NCBI GenBank assembly: GCA_963921275.4
Contig: OZ001293.3
Coordinates: 2,336,001 to 2,400,000 of the forward strand
Direction of reading: 5' to 3'
DNA length: 64,000 bases
Origin: an uncultured Hormoscilla sp.
GTDB lineage: Bacteria; Cyanobacteriota; Cyanobacteriia; Cyanobacteriales; Desertifilaceae
The translations under genes were made by a program, and so were the position numbers. How positions within the stretch are numbered: position 1 is the first letter of the stretch; each line of letters opens with the position of its first letter. The notes beneath the pieces were generated by a model. That model saw only the letters and a program-made list of their open reading frames with translations. It was not told where the DNA came from and ran no database searches. Positions 20,301 through 28,726 of the stretch are shown in pieces.

Positions 20301-20460
20301 GATCGATAATGCTGTACGCTATACTAAAAAAGAAAGTTGGATCGGCAATCGTTTCAAAGAACGGGAAGTGGAAATAGAAATCAAGAAGGTAATGGGCGAT
20401 CGCTCACTTAATGTCAAAGATATCCTAGACATAGTCAAAAACCAAGATGAATATAAATAA
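17389..20460 (+). CDS. hsdR: Type I R-M restriction subunit R
   Basis: RPDLVIYVNG...LELK nuclease motif, WHTQGSGKS, DECHR, FTGTP, QAICRVNR. Confidence 0.97.
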   Translation: MSNVGQSEFTTQKRVIQLFEQQLGYSDLGSWHNRQHNRNIETEFLSQWLSKRGVSDTLINKTLRELDLAAALGDKNLCDANKAVYCLLRYGVKVKEGARQHQTVWLIDWKHPENNHFAIAKEVTIKGKQDKRPDLVIYVNGIALGILELKRASVFISEGIRQNLDNQKAEFIRPFFTTMQLVMAGNDSQGLRYGTIETSEKYYLEWKEPGKNPKDFLLDWHLRLLCNKTRFLELLHDFIIFDKEEKKICRHNQYFGIKDAQECIRRRQGGIIWHTQGSGKSLTMVWLAKWIRENATDARVLIVTDRTELDDQIESIFKGVDEDIYRTQSSADLIATLDRTTPWLICSLIQKFGSRENEASDEFIRDLQSQLPSNFTPKGNLFVFVDECHRTQSGKLHAAMKQILPNALFIGFTGTPLLKKDKQKSIEIFGDYIHSYKFHEAVADGVILNLHYEARDIDQNITSQEKIDQWFEAKTRGLTDSAKSQLKRKWATMQKVLSSKSRLEQIVRDILLDMETKPRLADGRGNAMLVCSSIYQACKAWKLFSQIHLAGKCAIITSYKPSPTDIKGEETGAGSTEKQHQYDIYRQMLADYFQEPADQAMYRVEEFESKVKECFINNPEQMRLLIVVDKLLTGFDAPPATYLYIDKKMRDHGLFQAICRVNRLDGEDKEYGYIVDYKDLFQQLQEAMTDYTSGAFDGYDARDIAGLLSDRLTKGRDRLSETLETVRALCEPVPRPSDLQDYLHYFCGPDTSDKNALANNEPKRVVLYKCVNRLIRAYANIANEMPEAGYSKVKAAKIKAEVKHYSEMCQAIKIASGDYLDMKLYEPAMRDLLNSYIQAENPVSVSDFEELNLIQLILQNGAIALEQLPDKLKQDWETVAYTIENNLRKIITSESPVNPKYYDQMSELLDALIAQRRQQAIDYHEYLEKVKQLAQQILQPEDSSAYPESLDTPAKRSLYDNLGKDEDLALAIDNAVRYTKKESWIGNRFKEREVEIEIKKVMGDRSLNVKDILDIVKNQDEYK

Positions 20461-21166
20461 ATTCACAACGGAAACCCAGATATTAGTAAGTGGCATCTCC
20501 ATACAATTACTGCGCAAATCAATCAAAAACTTACGCATTGTAGTATATCCCCCCGACGGTCGCGTTCGCGTTTCCGCCCCTTGGCACTTAACCGATGAAG
20601 ACATCCGTATGGCGATCGTTTCCCGGCTTTCTTGGATTAAACAGAAACGATCAAAATTTCAAGCGCAACCCCGCCAACCCAAGCAAGAAATGCTAACGGG
20701 TGAAAGCCATTATGTTTTCGGTTATAAGTATAAATTAGAAGTTATCGAACGTCGCGGTCGTCACGAAATACTGCTCTCAGATCGCGATCGCTTACAGCTT
20801 TTCGTAAAGCCCGGCACAGACACAGAAAAACGTTCAAAAGTTTTAAATGAATGGTATCGGGAGCAACTCAAAGGGAAAATTACAGATTTACTCAACCAAT
20901 GGCAACCAATTATTGGCAAGCAAGTTAATGATTGGGGTATCAAGAAGATGAAAACTAAATGGGGAAGCTGCAATATAACCCAGGGTCGCATCTGGTTAAA
21001 CTTGGAACTTGCTAAGAAACCCATCGAATGCCTTGAGTATGTCTTAGTACATGAGTTAGTACATCTTTGGGAGAGATATCATAACGAAAAGTTCAAAGCA
21101 TACATGGATAAATATTTACCACAGTGGCAGCAATATAGAGATATTTTGGATCGCGAATTATTGTAA
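20447..21166 (+). CDS. M48/YgjP (SprT-like) metallopeptidase commonly found after hsdR
   Basis: MKTKWGSCN and YVLVHELVH (HExxH). Confidence 0.92.
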   Translation: MNINKFTTETQILVSGISIQLLRKSIKNLRIVVYPPDGRVRVSAPWHLTDEDIRMAIVSRLSWIKQKRSKFQAQPRQPKQEMLTGESHYVFGYKYKLEVIERRGRHEILLSDRDRLQLFVKPGTDTEKRSKVLNEWYREQLKGKITDLLNQWQPIIGKQVNDWGIKKMKTKWGSCNITQGRIWLNLELAKKPIECLEYVLVHELVHLWERYHNEKFKAYMDKYLPQWQQYRDILDRELL

Positions 21167-21374
21167 TGTAGGGTGGGCACCGCCCACCAGGCTCCCTCGT
21201 TAACAGCCTGAGACTGGGAACGAGGGTAAGAAAACAATGCTAAAATTAATTTATAGCGTTTCTCAGATAGATGCGATCCCTCGTTCCCAGGGAGACCCTG
21301 GGAACGAACAGTCTGAGGCTCTGCTAAGAGTGATTCCTTATACTCACGTGAGTAAGGTAAGTAGTCCAGGCCAG

Positions 21375-21478
21375 GAGGCAGAGCCTCCATAAATCCTTCC
21401 CAGCCTGAGACTGGGAAGGAGGAGAAACTAGAGGCAGAGCCTCCATAAATCCTTCCCAGCCTGAGACTGGGAAGGAGG
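21375..21478. repeat. Two direct copies of a ~48-bp REP-like hairpin unit within a repeat cluster (21167-21478)
   Basis: GAGGCAGAGCCTCCATAAATCCTTCCCAGCCTGAGACTGGGAAGGAGG x2. Confidence 0.75.
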
Positions 21479-21524
21479 GTAAAATGCTACAATTAATGAC
21501 AGCGAAGTGAGGAATTAAAAACGA

Positions 21525-22184
21525 ATGTTAAAGTTGTATCACCACCCGATTTCTGGCAATTATCGTCGCGTGTGGATCGCCCTGCTGGAAAAGCAAATTC
21601 TTTTTGAGCTGGTAAGCTTAAGCTTGGATGGCGACCAGTTCCAACCAGAGTTTCTCGCCCTCAATCCTTTTCACCACATTCCAGTCTTGGAAGATGAAGA
21701 CTTTAGCGTGGTAGAGTCCTTGGCAATTCTGGACTATTTGGAAGCTAAGTATCCAACGCTGTTACCTACTGATGCCAAGACCTTAGCAACGGTGCGCATG
21801 GTGGAAATGGTCACGGTTAATGAACTGCAACCGGCAATGAATCCTTTAGTTCGTAAGATGATGGGGGCAGATGTTGAAGATGCGGAAAAAATGGAGCGAT
21901 CGCGCAAACAGATAGCCACTGTCCTAAGTTTCTTGGAAAGCAAGCTGAACAATTCCCCTTATTTTGCTGGCGAACAGTTAACTATAGCAGAGGTGGTAGC
22001 CGGTACTCTAGTCTGTTGGTTACCCAATATGGGGGTATCTCTGGAGGACTATCCCAAACTGAAAAACTGGCTATCCGGGTTGATGCAGCGCCCTAGTTGG
22101 CAACAAACTCAACCCACTCCAGAATATATTGAAGCATTCAAGCCGCAAGCACGAAAGCTCATGGAAAAGCAGTCCCAGGGCTGA
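21525..22184 (+). CDS. Glutathione S-transferase family protein
   Basis: LNPFHHIPVLED...ESLAILDYLE; YFAGEQLTIAE. Confidence 0.93.
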   Translation: MLKLYHHPISGNYRRVWIALLEKQILFELVSLSLDGDQFQPEFLALNPFHHIPVLEDEDFSVVESLAILDYLEAKYPTLLPTDAKTLATVRMVEMVTVNELQPAMNPLVRKMMGADVEDAEKMERSRKQIATVLSFLESKLNNSPYFAGEQLTIAEVVAGTLVCWLPNMGVSLEDYPKLKNWLSGLMQRPSWQQTQPTPEYIEAFKPQARKLMEKQSQG

Positions 22185-22489
22185 AGTAGAGGCAGCTTTG
22201 AATTAAGAAACTGAATTAAGAAACCAGGTTTTTTGTCAAAACCTGGTTTCTGTGCATCTCAATGCAAGATATTCGTAGGTTTGGTTGTCGAAAGTTATTC
22301 AAGGAGTGCAACGCAAACAACATCTATTGGTTGGGTTGAGGCACGAAACCCAACCTACAGCATTACTATTTTATATTCGCAAATACAAAAGTGAGATGCT
22401 CCCCTTTCTCGACAAGGTTTGTAGTCGGTTTTAACCGACTTTAGCTATTAGCCGGGGGTTTGAACCCCCGGCGGGCCATGAGACTCAGC

Positions 22490-22867
22490 TTAGTCCTTCA
22501 TCGCCGAAACATAAGCAAGAGATTCCTGCCAGAGATTGAACAGTAAAAACTCCGCTCGATCGCCCATTTCGACGACAAAGACACCTTCTTCGCCCTCGGC
22601 CTCGGAGGCGATCCAAGTTCCTTTCAGGCTAACTTCAATGTAGTCAGCATCGCACACGGAAAGGGCGATCTCCTCGGCACGCTCGACTTGCAACTTAGAC
22701 AGGTAGGGCAAATCAGCTGGCAGCAAGAAGGAAGCGGTGCTGAGTTCGATATTAAAGGTTAAACCCACTTGCCGCGCCAGAATTACTCGTGTCTCGACCC
22801 AATCTTCCAGAGGTTGAGCCAGACGCTCCATCTTAAAATCGTTTTCAATATAAGTCAGTTTCAACAT
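22490..22867 (-). CDS. Alr0857-family protein
   Basis: MLKLTYIENDF...STASFLLPADLP...IEVSLKGTW; lies downstream of the HNH gene as in the Anabaena alr0856-57 locus. Confidence 0.75.
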   Translation of the reverse strand: MLKLTYIENDFKMERLAQPLEDWVETRVILARQVGLTFNIELSTASFLLPADLPYLSKLQVERAEEIALSVCDADYIEVSLKGTWIASEAEGEEGVFVVEMGDRAEFLLFNLWQESLAYVSAMKD

Positions 22868-22880
22868 TGCCGGTAGCCTC

Positions 22881-23459
22881 CTACTCCAGGTTTTTGGTCT
22901 GTTCGCGCCAGAACTGTTCTGCAAAAGCAACAGCTGGATGAAGAGGCGCTTTTGGTTGAGTGCTACGATATCCCTGGGGAGCGCTATTCGCACTACCCCA
23001 GGGATATCGTAGTGGCATTTTTGCCTCTGCTGGAGTGCGATCGCCCTTCCGAGAATTGCACCCTTGGCAAGCAGTTACTACATTATCCCAACTGTGTTTT
23101 CCACCTCGCGATCTGGGCAGGATGTGGTCGAGGGTCAACTGTTTGGTGCTGCCGCAGTACTGGCAGCTTTGCTTGTCACGCCGCAATACTTATCGCCGGC
23201 TCACTGGCGGCACTTTCCAGAGCCGTTCCGAACTGGCGAAGGTCAAACGGATATGTTCTGGTACTAGGAGTACCAAGCTGGGCGAACGTACATGCCATCC
23301 GGCGTTACTGGCGATATCCAGGGGTTCCGCTTTTCCGGTCACCAAGAGGGCGATCGCCCGCTTGATATTCACCCGACTCACCGGCAGATAATTCTGGGAA
23401 AACACCACTACCGATCGGCTCAAAACATTGGTTGCGCTAGTCACGGCTTGACTCCTCAT
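22881..23459 (-). pseudogene. HNH endonuclease (Alr0856-like) with an in-frame TAA at 23190-23192 and a palindromic insertion at 22963-23012
   Basis: VVVFSQNYLPVSRVNIKRAIALL...VSRR*VLRRD..CQYCG...[30 protein letters not shown]. Confidence 0.88.
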
Positions 23460-23496
23460 AAAACAGCCCCCGCTTCAGTTGGTAGGAAGCGGGGGC
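23460..23496 (-). terminator. Intrinsic terminator / attenuator hairpin immediately 5' of the HNH start codon
   Basis: Reverse complement GCCCCCGCTTC-N9-GAAGCGGGGGC-TGTTTT-ATG; perfect 11-bp stem. Confidence 0.7.
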
Positions 23497-23526
23497 GTGG
23501 AAAACTTTTAGGGTTCTGTGGTTCTA

Positions 23527-23751
23527 TTACGGTACAGTTTTCAGCCCGTACCTCCCGCTTCCTGTATATCTCCGCGAATCTGCCGATGGCAGATTTTTGC
23601 CAATTTGGCCAAAATTTCCTGTTTCTGTGACCTGTTCTAGCCATAGATAACCGCCCTTACATAAATACTCCCAGCCCATAGCCACCGATTGCCCACCGCA
23701 GGGGCGACCGGCATCAGAGGGGGTATTGGATAAGGTGGATATATGGCTCAC
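23527..23751 (-). CDS. Small leader-like ORF (Alr0855-like position)
   Basis: 74-aa ORF between the divergent promoter region and the terminator hairpin. Confidence 0.45.
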   Translation of the reverse strand: MSHISTLSNTPSDAGRPCGGQSVAMGWEYLCKGGYLWLEQVTETGNFGQIGKNLPSADSRRYTGSGRYGLKTVP

Positions 23752-23793
23752 AGGAATAATTTTTGAAAGCGACTACTTGAACTAGACTTTTCT

Positions 23794-23812
23794 ATACTAC
23801 ACTAAGATTACA
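23794..23812. promoter_or_regulatory. Tandem putative TrcR operator boxes
   Basis: Reverse complement TGTAATCT-TAG-TGTAGTAT; same motif as in the tRNA-operon promoters. Confidence 0.6.
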
Positions 23813-23842
23813 GATTAGTCCACTTATTTGGGAAAAAAAATC

Positions 23843-24178
23843 ATGCCTACATTACCACGCACTTCAACCACCGAAATGGAAGTCACCAGCATCCGCTTGG
23901 AAAGGGAACTGAAGAATCAACTGAAGCGACTGGCTGGAGGTCAGGGCTATCAAGCGATGGTGCGCAATATCCTCTGGAACTACGTCCAGCAGAAATCCTG
24001 TCAATACAGGTCTCCGTTGCAGCTTCATGATATCCGCAGCAGTGTTGATGCGATCGCCCGCAAGGAGGAGCGCTGCGCGATCACCGGTGATGTCATTCGA
24101 CCGAATGAGCCGATGTTATTAGGCCTCACGGCTCATGGAGACTTGGTGCCCCTCAGTATGGAGTGTTTTGCCAGATAG
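23843..24178 (+). CDS. trcR: Ribbon-helix-helix repressor, TrcR-like
   Basis: EMEVTSIRLERELKNQLKRLAGGQGYQAMVRNILWNYV RHH; divergent from the HNH/alr0857-like operon, as I recall for Anabaena. Confidence 0.72.
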   Translation: MPTLPRTSTTEMEVTSIRLERELKNQLKRLAGGQGYQAMVRNILWNYVQQKSCQYRSPLQLHDIRSSVDAIARKEERCAITGDVIRPNEPMLLGLTAHGDLVPLSMECFAR

Positions 24179-24400
24179 TCCCCTCATTGGCATTATACAG
24201 CAGGTAAGATTGTCGGGGCGATCCGTTGGCCCGATCGCGATCGCCCCTATAAACTTTTGTCTTAATTTTGCTGCTCTCCCACCGGCAGCAGCCAGTTCCG
24301 CTGGATATATACACCCATCTCCATCAACCAGGTTTTTTGCTCGTACCGGGTTTTTTCTCGATCTCTGATACTTTAAATACTGCAACTGTAGGTTGGGTTT

Positions 24401-25269
24401 GTGCGATTCGTTCTAGCCTAACGTGGTCAAACACGGAACGCTAGCCCGGTTTCATTAGCCGGGAACTCTGACCGCATGGGGGTTAAATTCCCCTCCCCCC
24501 AGGTACGGGGGTGACACCGGTCCTCGGTGCTACGAAGCGACATCATCGTGGTGCTAAGCGAGGACTCAAATGTAGGATAACTGGCAGCCTAAGCCGGTGA
24601 CGCCGCTAGGAAAGATATCCAAGGTTAGAGCAGGCAAACATGTGCAAGCCTCGTTATAAGGAACCAGCGAAATAAGGCTATATGCGCTGGCCTAAAAAGG
24701 AAATGGTAGCTAGTATTAGTTTTAGACTCTGGCTAATATAGTACTCAAATAGCTCCCGGGGTATAGTGTGGACCTAAAGGTATCGCGAAATGTTGTTAGG
24801 GAACGAAGTAACCTCTCGTGTGCTGTCCATCAGGACAAGTTAGATGTTAAGCGCAAGCCACGGGGGGAGGGATGGCCCAAGAAGCGAATGCCCGGGGTAA
24901 TTCCTGGGATAACATCTACAGTAATGTAGATGATGCTGGGTAGCCAGCGCTGACGTGGGTCGGTGATACTAGGAAGCTGCTGGAATGAGTAATCCTAAAA
25001 AGCCACGGAACTAATCCGAAACGCAAGTGGAGGATAAGGTATGGATAACTGGTAAAACTGACTTGAAAATGGTGATACTAACGGTTATCAGAACAACCAC
25101 TCGCTAAACCAGGAAAGGGAAGAAAAGACAGGCGGCAAGGGCTAACGGAAGTAATTCCTATTAAGTCTACCTATGAAAAGGGCCTAGTACCCAGTAGCCG
25201 GATGCGGTGAAAATCGCAAGTCCGGTTCCTCAAGGGAGGGTCGGGAAGCGATTCCCGGCTCGACCCCAT
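24401..25269 (+). mobile_element. ORF-less group IIB intron (~870 nt)
   Basis: 5' GTGCG; domain V AGCCGGATGCGGTGAAAATCGCAAGTCCGGTT; domain VI GGGTCGGGAAGCGATTCCCGGCTCGACCCCAT; EBS1 and EBS2 pair with the 5' exon; no ORF of 60 aa or more inside. The 3' end is uncertain by 2 nt. Confidence 0.92.
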
Positions 25270-25300
25270 CCCGTGCCTCAACCCAACATTAGCGCGGTTG

Positions 25301-25502
25301 CAATACTTCTCGGTTAATAATCTGTCATTGCGAGGGGGAAACAAAAACCGACATTTTCGGGCTCATCGCTTGGATCCCCCCGAAGCAATCTCATGCCTCG
25401 TCGGGGAGATTGCTTCGGGGGGGTCAACTCAATTGAGCATAAGTTAATCGCGGAGTACCCCCCCTCGCAATGACAAATAAAATCATTAACCGAGAGGTAT
25501 TG
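25301..25502. mobile_element. MITE with 18-bp TIRs and 10-bp TSD (IS4-like); contains a nested TGTCATTGCGAGGGGG...CCCCCTCGCAATGACA hairpin repeat
   Basis: CAATACTTCTCGGTTAAT / ATTAACCGAGAGGTATTG; TSD AGCGCGGTTG at 25291-25300 and 25503-25512; a lone TIR at ~46419. Confidence 0.88.
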
Positions 25503-25509
25503 AGCGCGG

Positions 25510-25749
25510 TTGGGTTTCATCAGTCCGTCTCTCGTTAAAGATCTAGAGAATGCCTTGGGTCAGTATATTATATATGCTAATATCCTGGCACGAGTGGAAC
25601 CAGATCGCATTCTGTATCTAGCAGTTCGAGTGGAAATTTATAATGAATTCTTCTCAGAAGAACTCGTGCAAGTTGTTCTCGCCAACAACCCCATTAAACT
25701 GATTGTATTCGACTCAAAACAGGAGGCAATAGTAGAATGGATACACTAG
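25510..25749 (+). pseudogene. xisH: XisH family protein, C-terminal half only
   Basis: FISPSLVKDLENALGQYIIY...EPDRILYLAV...IVEWIH. Confidence 0.85.
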
Positions 25750-26126
25750 AGGCATATCGCTGGCTCATCTACCAAACATTGTCAGACTATGCTAGTATAC
25801 CTTACAGTCACGGTCAGATCAACAGTATTGTCATTGAAAGTATTGATCGCAACCATTTTATGATCGTCAAGGAAGGGTGGAATTCCGAACAGCACATTCA
25901 TCACTGTCTCGTTCACGTTCAGATAAAAAATGATAAGATCTGGATTCATTTTGACGGCACGGAAGACAGCATTACCGAGACATTGGTGGCCGCTGGAGTA
26001 CCAAAAGATAAAATCGTTCTCGCCTTCCATCTGCCCACGTCAGAAAACATACAGAATACGCGATCGCTTAAATTATACGGCCATACGGCAGAAAAAAATA
26101 TCTTGCTGAGAGGAGGTTGGAAGTGA
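25737..26126 (+). pseudogene. xisI: XisI family protein with a 3' frameshift
   Basis: KIWIHFDGTEDSITETLVAAGVPKDKIVLAFH; the typical tail (VRKHTEYAIA*) is in another frame ending ~26071. Confidence 0.8.
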
Positions 26127-28249
26127 CAGCCCTGCCACAGATTACCATGGAAGTGATTGACGCTCGCTCCCCCTATTTGCCCGCAGTCATAGCTTTAGGT
26201 GATGCCCATAAAAAAACTCTGAGCTTTTTTCCCGAAGGTGCTTTTATCCAAAAAGCTGAGAGAGGCCATATAATTGTCGCTCTCGATCGGAAACAATTTA
26301 TTGGCTATTTATTATATTCCCCTTCTGATTCTTTCGATCGCGTCACTCTCGTCCATCTGTGCATCGATCCATCATATCGCGGTCATGGCATAGCCAAAAA
26401 GCTTGTGGACCATCTCGTCGGCATTACCAAAGAATATCGTGGCATTGGGTTAACCTGTCGCCGGGATTATCACTTGGAAAATTTTTGGCCTAAGTTGGGG
26501 TTTGTCGCTCAATTTGATAAAGATGCGAAAACTCCTAAAAAATTAAACACCTATTGGTGGCTAGACTACGGTCATCCTGACCTCTTTAATTCTGCTGCCC
26601 TTCGTCAAGGGGAAGAGAAGTTATCTGCGGTCATAGATGCTAACATTTTTTTCGAGCTTTATGATGACGAACATACTGCCGAATCTCAATTGCTATTAGC
26701 TGATTGGTTAGAAGATGAATTAAAATTATGTTTAACTGATAAAATTTTTAAAAAAATTAATGAAATTAGCAATCTAGAGGAGAGAAAATTCAAACACGAT
26801 TTTGCCGAAAAATTTACCGGCTTGCCCTGCGATCGCTCAAAGTTCGATAATGTTTATGATTCCCTAAAATCTTTTTTTACTGCAAAAGGAATATTCTCAG
26901 AATCATATCTGCGCAACATAGCTAGAACTATGGCATCAGATGTGCAGATTTTCCTGACCCCAAATCGGAGAATATTGGATCTGGCGGACGAAGTATACGA
27001 ACAATTTAAGCTATCCATTCTCTCTCCTACAGATCTAGTTATTAAATTAGATGAGGTTCGCAAAAATACGGAATATCAACCCGTGCTTTTGGCCGAGACT
27101 TTTTTAAGGCATGTCCGGATTAACAGTGGCAAAGAAACTATTTTATATGACTGCTTTCAAGCTGTCAACCAGGGTGAAACTAAAGTCGAATTTCAGCAGA
27201 AGTTACGTCGGTTTGTGGCAGAATCAGATAAGTTTGAATGCTTGGTGGCCACGGAAGGAGAAAATCAACCAATTACTTTAGTAGTGTACGATCGACATAA
27301 GCAGCAGGAGCTGGAAATTCCCATGCTGCGGGTTGCTGATCGCCCGTTCGCTTCGCGGCTGCGCAGCAGCATCGCCCCTACTATTGCCCGTCACTTAATT
27401 TTTCTGGCGACATTAATTTCCGCTCGCGAACAGCGTCAATTTACCAGAATTACCGATCGCCGCTTGTCGGAAATAGTTACTACCGCTATTCACAAGGATC
27501 ATTTTGTGAATGTAAAAGATGGCTTTTTGAGGGTCAATATAGCTGTTGCGGAAACCAAATTGCAGCTTTCACAGCGACTCACTGATTTAGCTAATAGTTT
27601 GGGCCGGGAATATGATTTTTGCCTTAATTTTGCTAACCTGCTTATAGATCGAAAAAAGCCAACAGAAATAATGAGTATGTGGGAGCTGGAAGGTTATCTA
27701 TTTCCTGGGAAGATTATTGATGCTGACATACCCAGTTTTATCGTTCCCATTAAGCCTTTTTGGGCTCATAATTTATTCGATGTGAGATTGGCTAATCAAA
27801 CCTTGTTTGGAGCGAGGAAACCGGATCTGGCTATCAACAGGGAAGCGGTTTATTATAAATCTAATAAGGGACCGAAAGAATTAAAGCCGGGGGTGAGTGG
27901 GAGAATTATTTGGTATGTGAGCGATGATAAAGACCGGGGATATACGGGGGTAAGTGCCGTGCGCGCTTGCTCCCGGTTGTCCGATGTGGCGATCGGCAAA
28001 CCCAAGGAGTTATATCGGCGCTTCCGCAACTTGGGCATCTATGAATGGCAAAATGTATATAATGTAGCTCGCTGCAATCCGAAGCAGGATATCATGGCGA
28101 TCGCATTCAGCGATACGGAATTGTTTAGCCAACCGATCGAATTGAAAAAAATTAGGGAAATTATCGGCAAAAAAGTGACAATGCAGTTGCCATATTATAT
28201 ATCTCCAGAAATTTTTGCTATCATTTATCAGATGGGCACTGAAAGTTAG
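26123..28249 (+). CDS. Multidomain GNAT acetyltransferase - PIN - C-terminal PUA/ASCH/EVE-like protein
   Basis: HLCIDPSYRGHGIAKKL (GNAT motif A), AVIDANIF (PIN), FIVPIKPFWAHNLF...AVYY...RIIWYVS (PUA-like); AGGAGG 6 nt before GTG at 26123. Confidence 0.8.
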   Translation: MTALPQITMEVIDARSPYLPAVIALGDAHKKTLSFFPEGAFIQKAERGHIIVALDRKQFIGYLLYSPSDSFDRVTLVHLCIDPSYRGHGIAKKLVDHLVGITKEYRGIGLTCRRDYHLENFWPKLGFVAQFDKDAKTPKKLNTYWWLDYGHPDLFNSAALRQGEEKLSAVIDANIFFELYDDEHTAESQLLLADWLEDELKLCLTDKIFKKINEISNLEERKFKHDFAEKFTGLPCDRSKFDNVYDSLKSFFTAKGIFSESYLRNIARTMASDVQIFLTPNRRILDLADEVYEQFKLSILSPTDLVIKLDEVRKNTEYQPVLLAETFLRHVRINSGKETILYDCFQAVNQGETKVEFQQKLRRFVAESDKFECLVATEGENQPITLVVYDRHKQQELEIPMLRVADRPFASRLRSSIAPTIARHLIFLATLISAREQRQFTRITDRRLSEIVTTAIHKDHFVNVKDGFLRVNIAVAETKLQLSQRLTDLANSLGREYDFCLNFANLLIDRKKPTEIMSMWELEGYLFPGKIIDADIPSFIVPIKPFWAHNLFDVRLANQTLFGARKPDLAINREAVYYKSNKGPKELKPGVSGRIIWYVSDDKDRGYTGVSAVRACSRLSDVAIGKPKELYRRFRNLGIYEWQNVYNVARCNPKQDIMAIAFSDTELFSQPIELKKIREIIGKKVTMQLPYYISPEIFAIIYQMGTES

Positions 28250-28259
28250 GTTGAAGTTC

Positions 28260-28700
28260 ATGGAAAATACGGTCCTCTTATTGTCGATGCAACCGGAGTA
28301 TGCTAAGAAAATATTTAATGGCGAAAAGACGGTAGAGCTGCGTCGGGTCCGTCCCAAATTAATTGCTGGCGATCTCGTTTTAGTCTGTGCTTCTTGTCCT
28401 CAAAAGGCTTTATTGGGTTTATTTGTAGTAGAATAAATTCTTGAAGAGTCTCTAGAGGATCTTTGGCAGATGGTAAAAAATAAAGCGGGGATAGGCAAAA
28501 ATAAGTTTTATAGCTATTATCAAGGTAAGTTGGTCGGATTTGGAATTTGCTTGCGCAAACCACAGCGCTTTAGCAAACCTGTAAAGTTAGAAATTATTAG
28601 ACAGCATTGGGCTAAATTTTATCCTCCCCAAGGTTATCGTTATCTGAAAGCTGGTGAAGTGAGTATTGTTGAAAGTTTGGCTGAATGCCAAATTGGGTAA
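28260..28700 (+). pseudogene. ASCH domain protein with one in-frame TAA at 28434-28436
   Basis: LLSMQPEYAKKIFNGEKTVELRR...VVE*ILEESLEDLWQ...FYSYYQGK...FYPPQGYRYL, all in one frame. Confidence 0.88.
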
Positions 28701-28726
28701 ACTTATAATTTTAGTGAGGAAATTAT

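Noticed and set aside
21167..21478. Mini-CRISPR or ncRNA after the M48 gene
   Set aside because: Two adjacent REP-like hairpin units with only ~8 nt between them; related hairpins recur at ~31100 and ~51755.
24401..25269. Intron-encoded reverse transcriptase, retron or DGR
   Set aside because: No ORF of 60 aa or more lies in the intron, and no RT motifs were seen anywhere in the window.
25510..26126. fdxN-type excision element
   Set aside because: Only damaged xisH/xisI, which are common stand-alone genes; no XisF-like recombinase.
13416..28436. Programmed stop-codon readthrough in the toxin, HNH and ASCH genes
   Set aside because: The stops differ (TAG, TAA, TAA), share no context, and no suppressor anticodon is present in the tRNA array; simple nonsense mutation or sequencing error is more likely.
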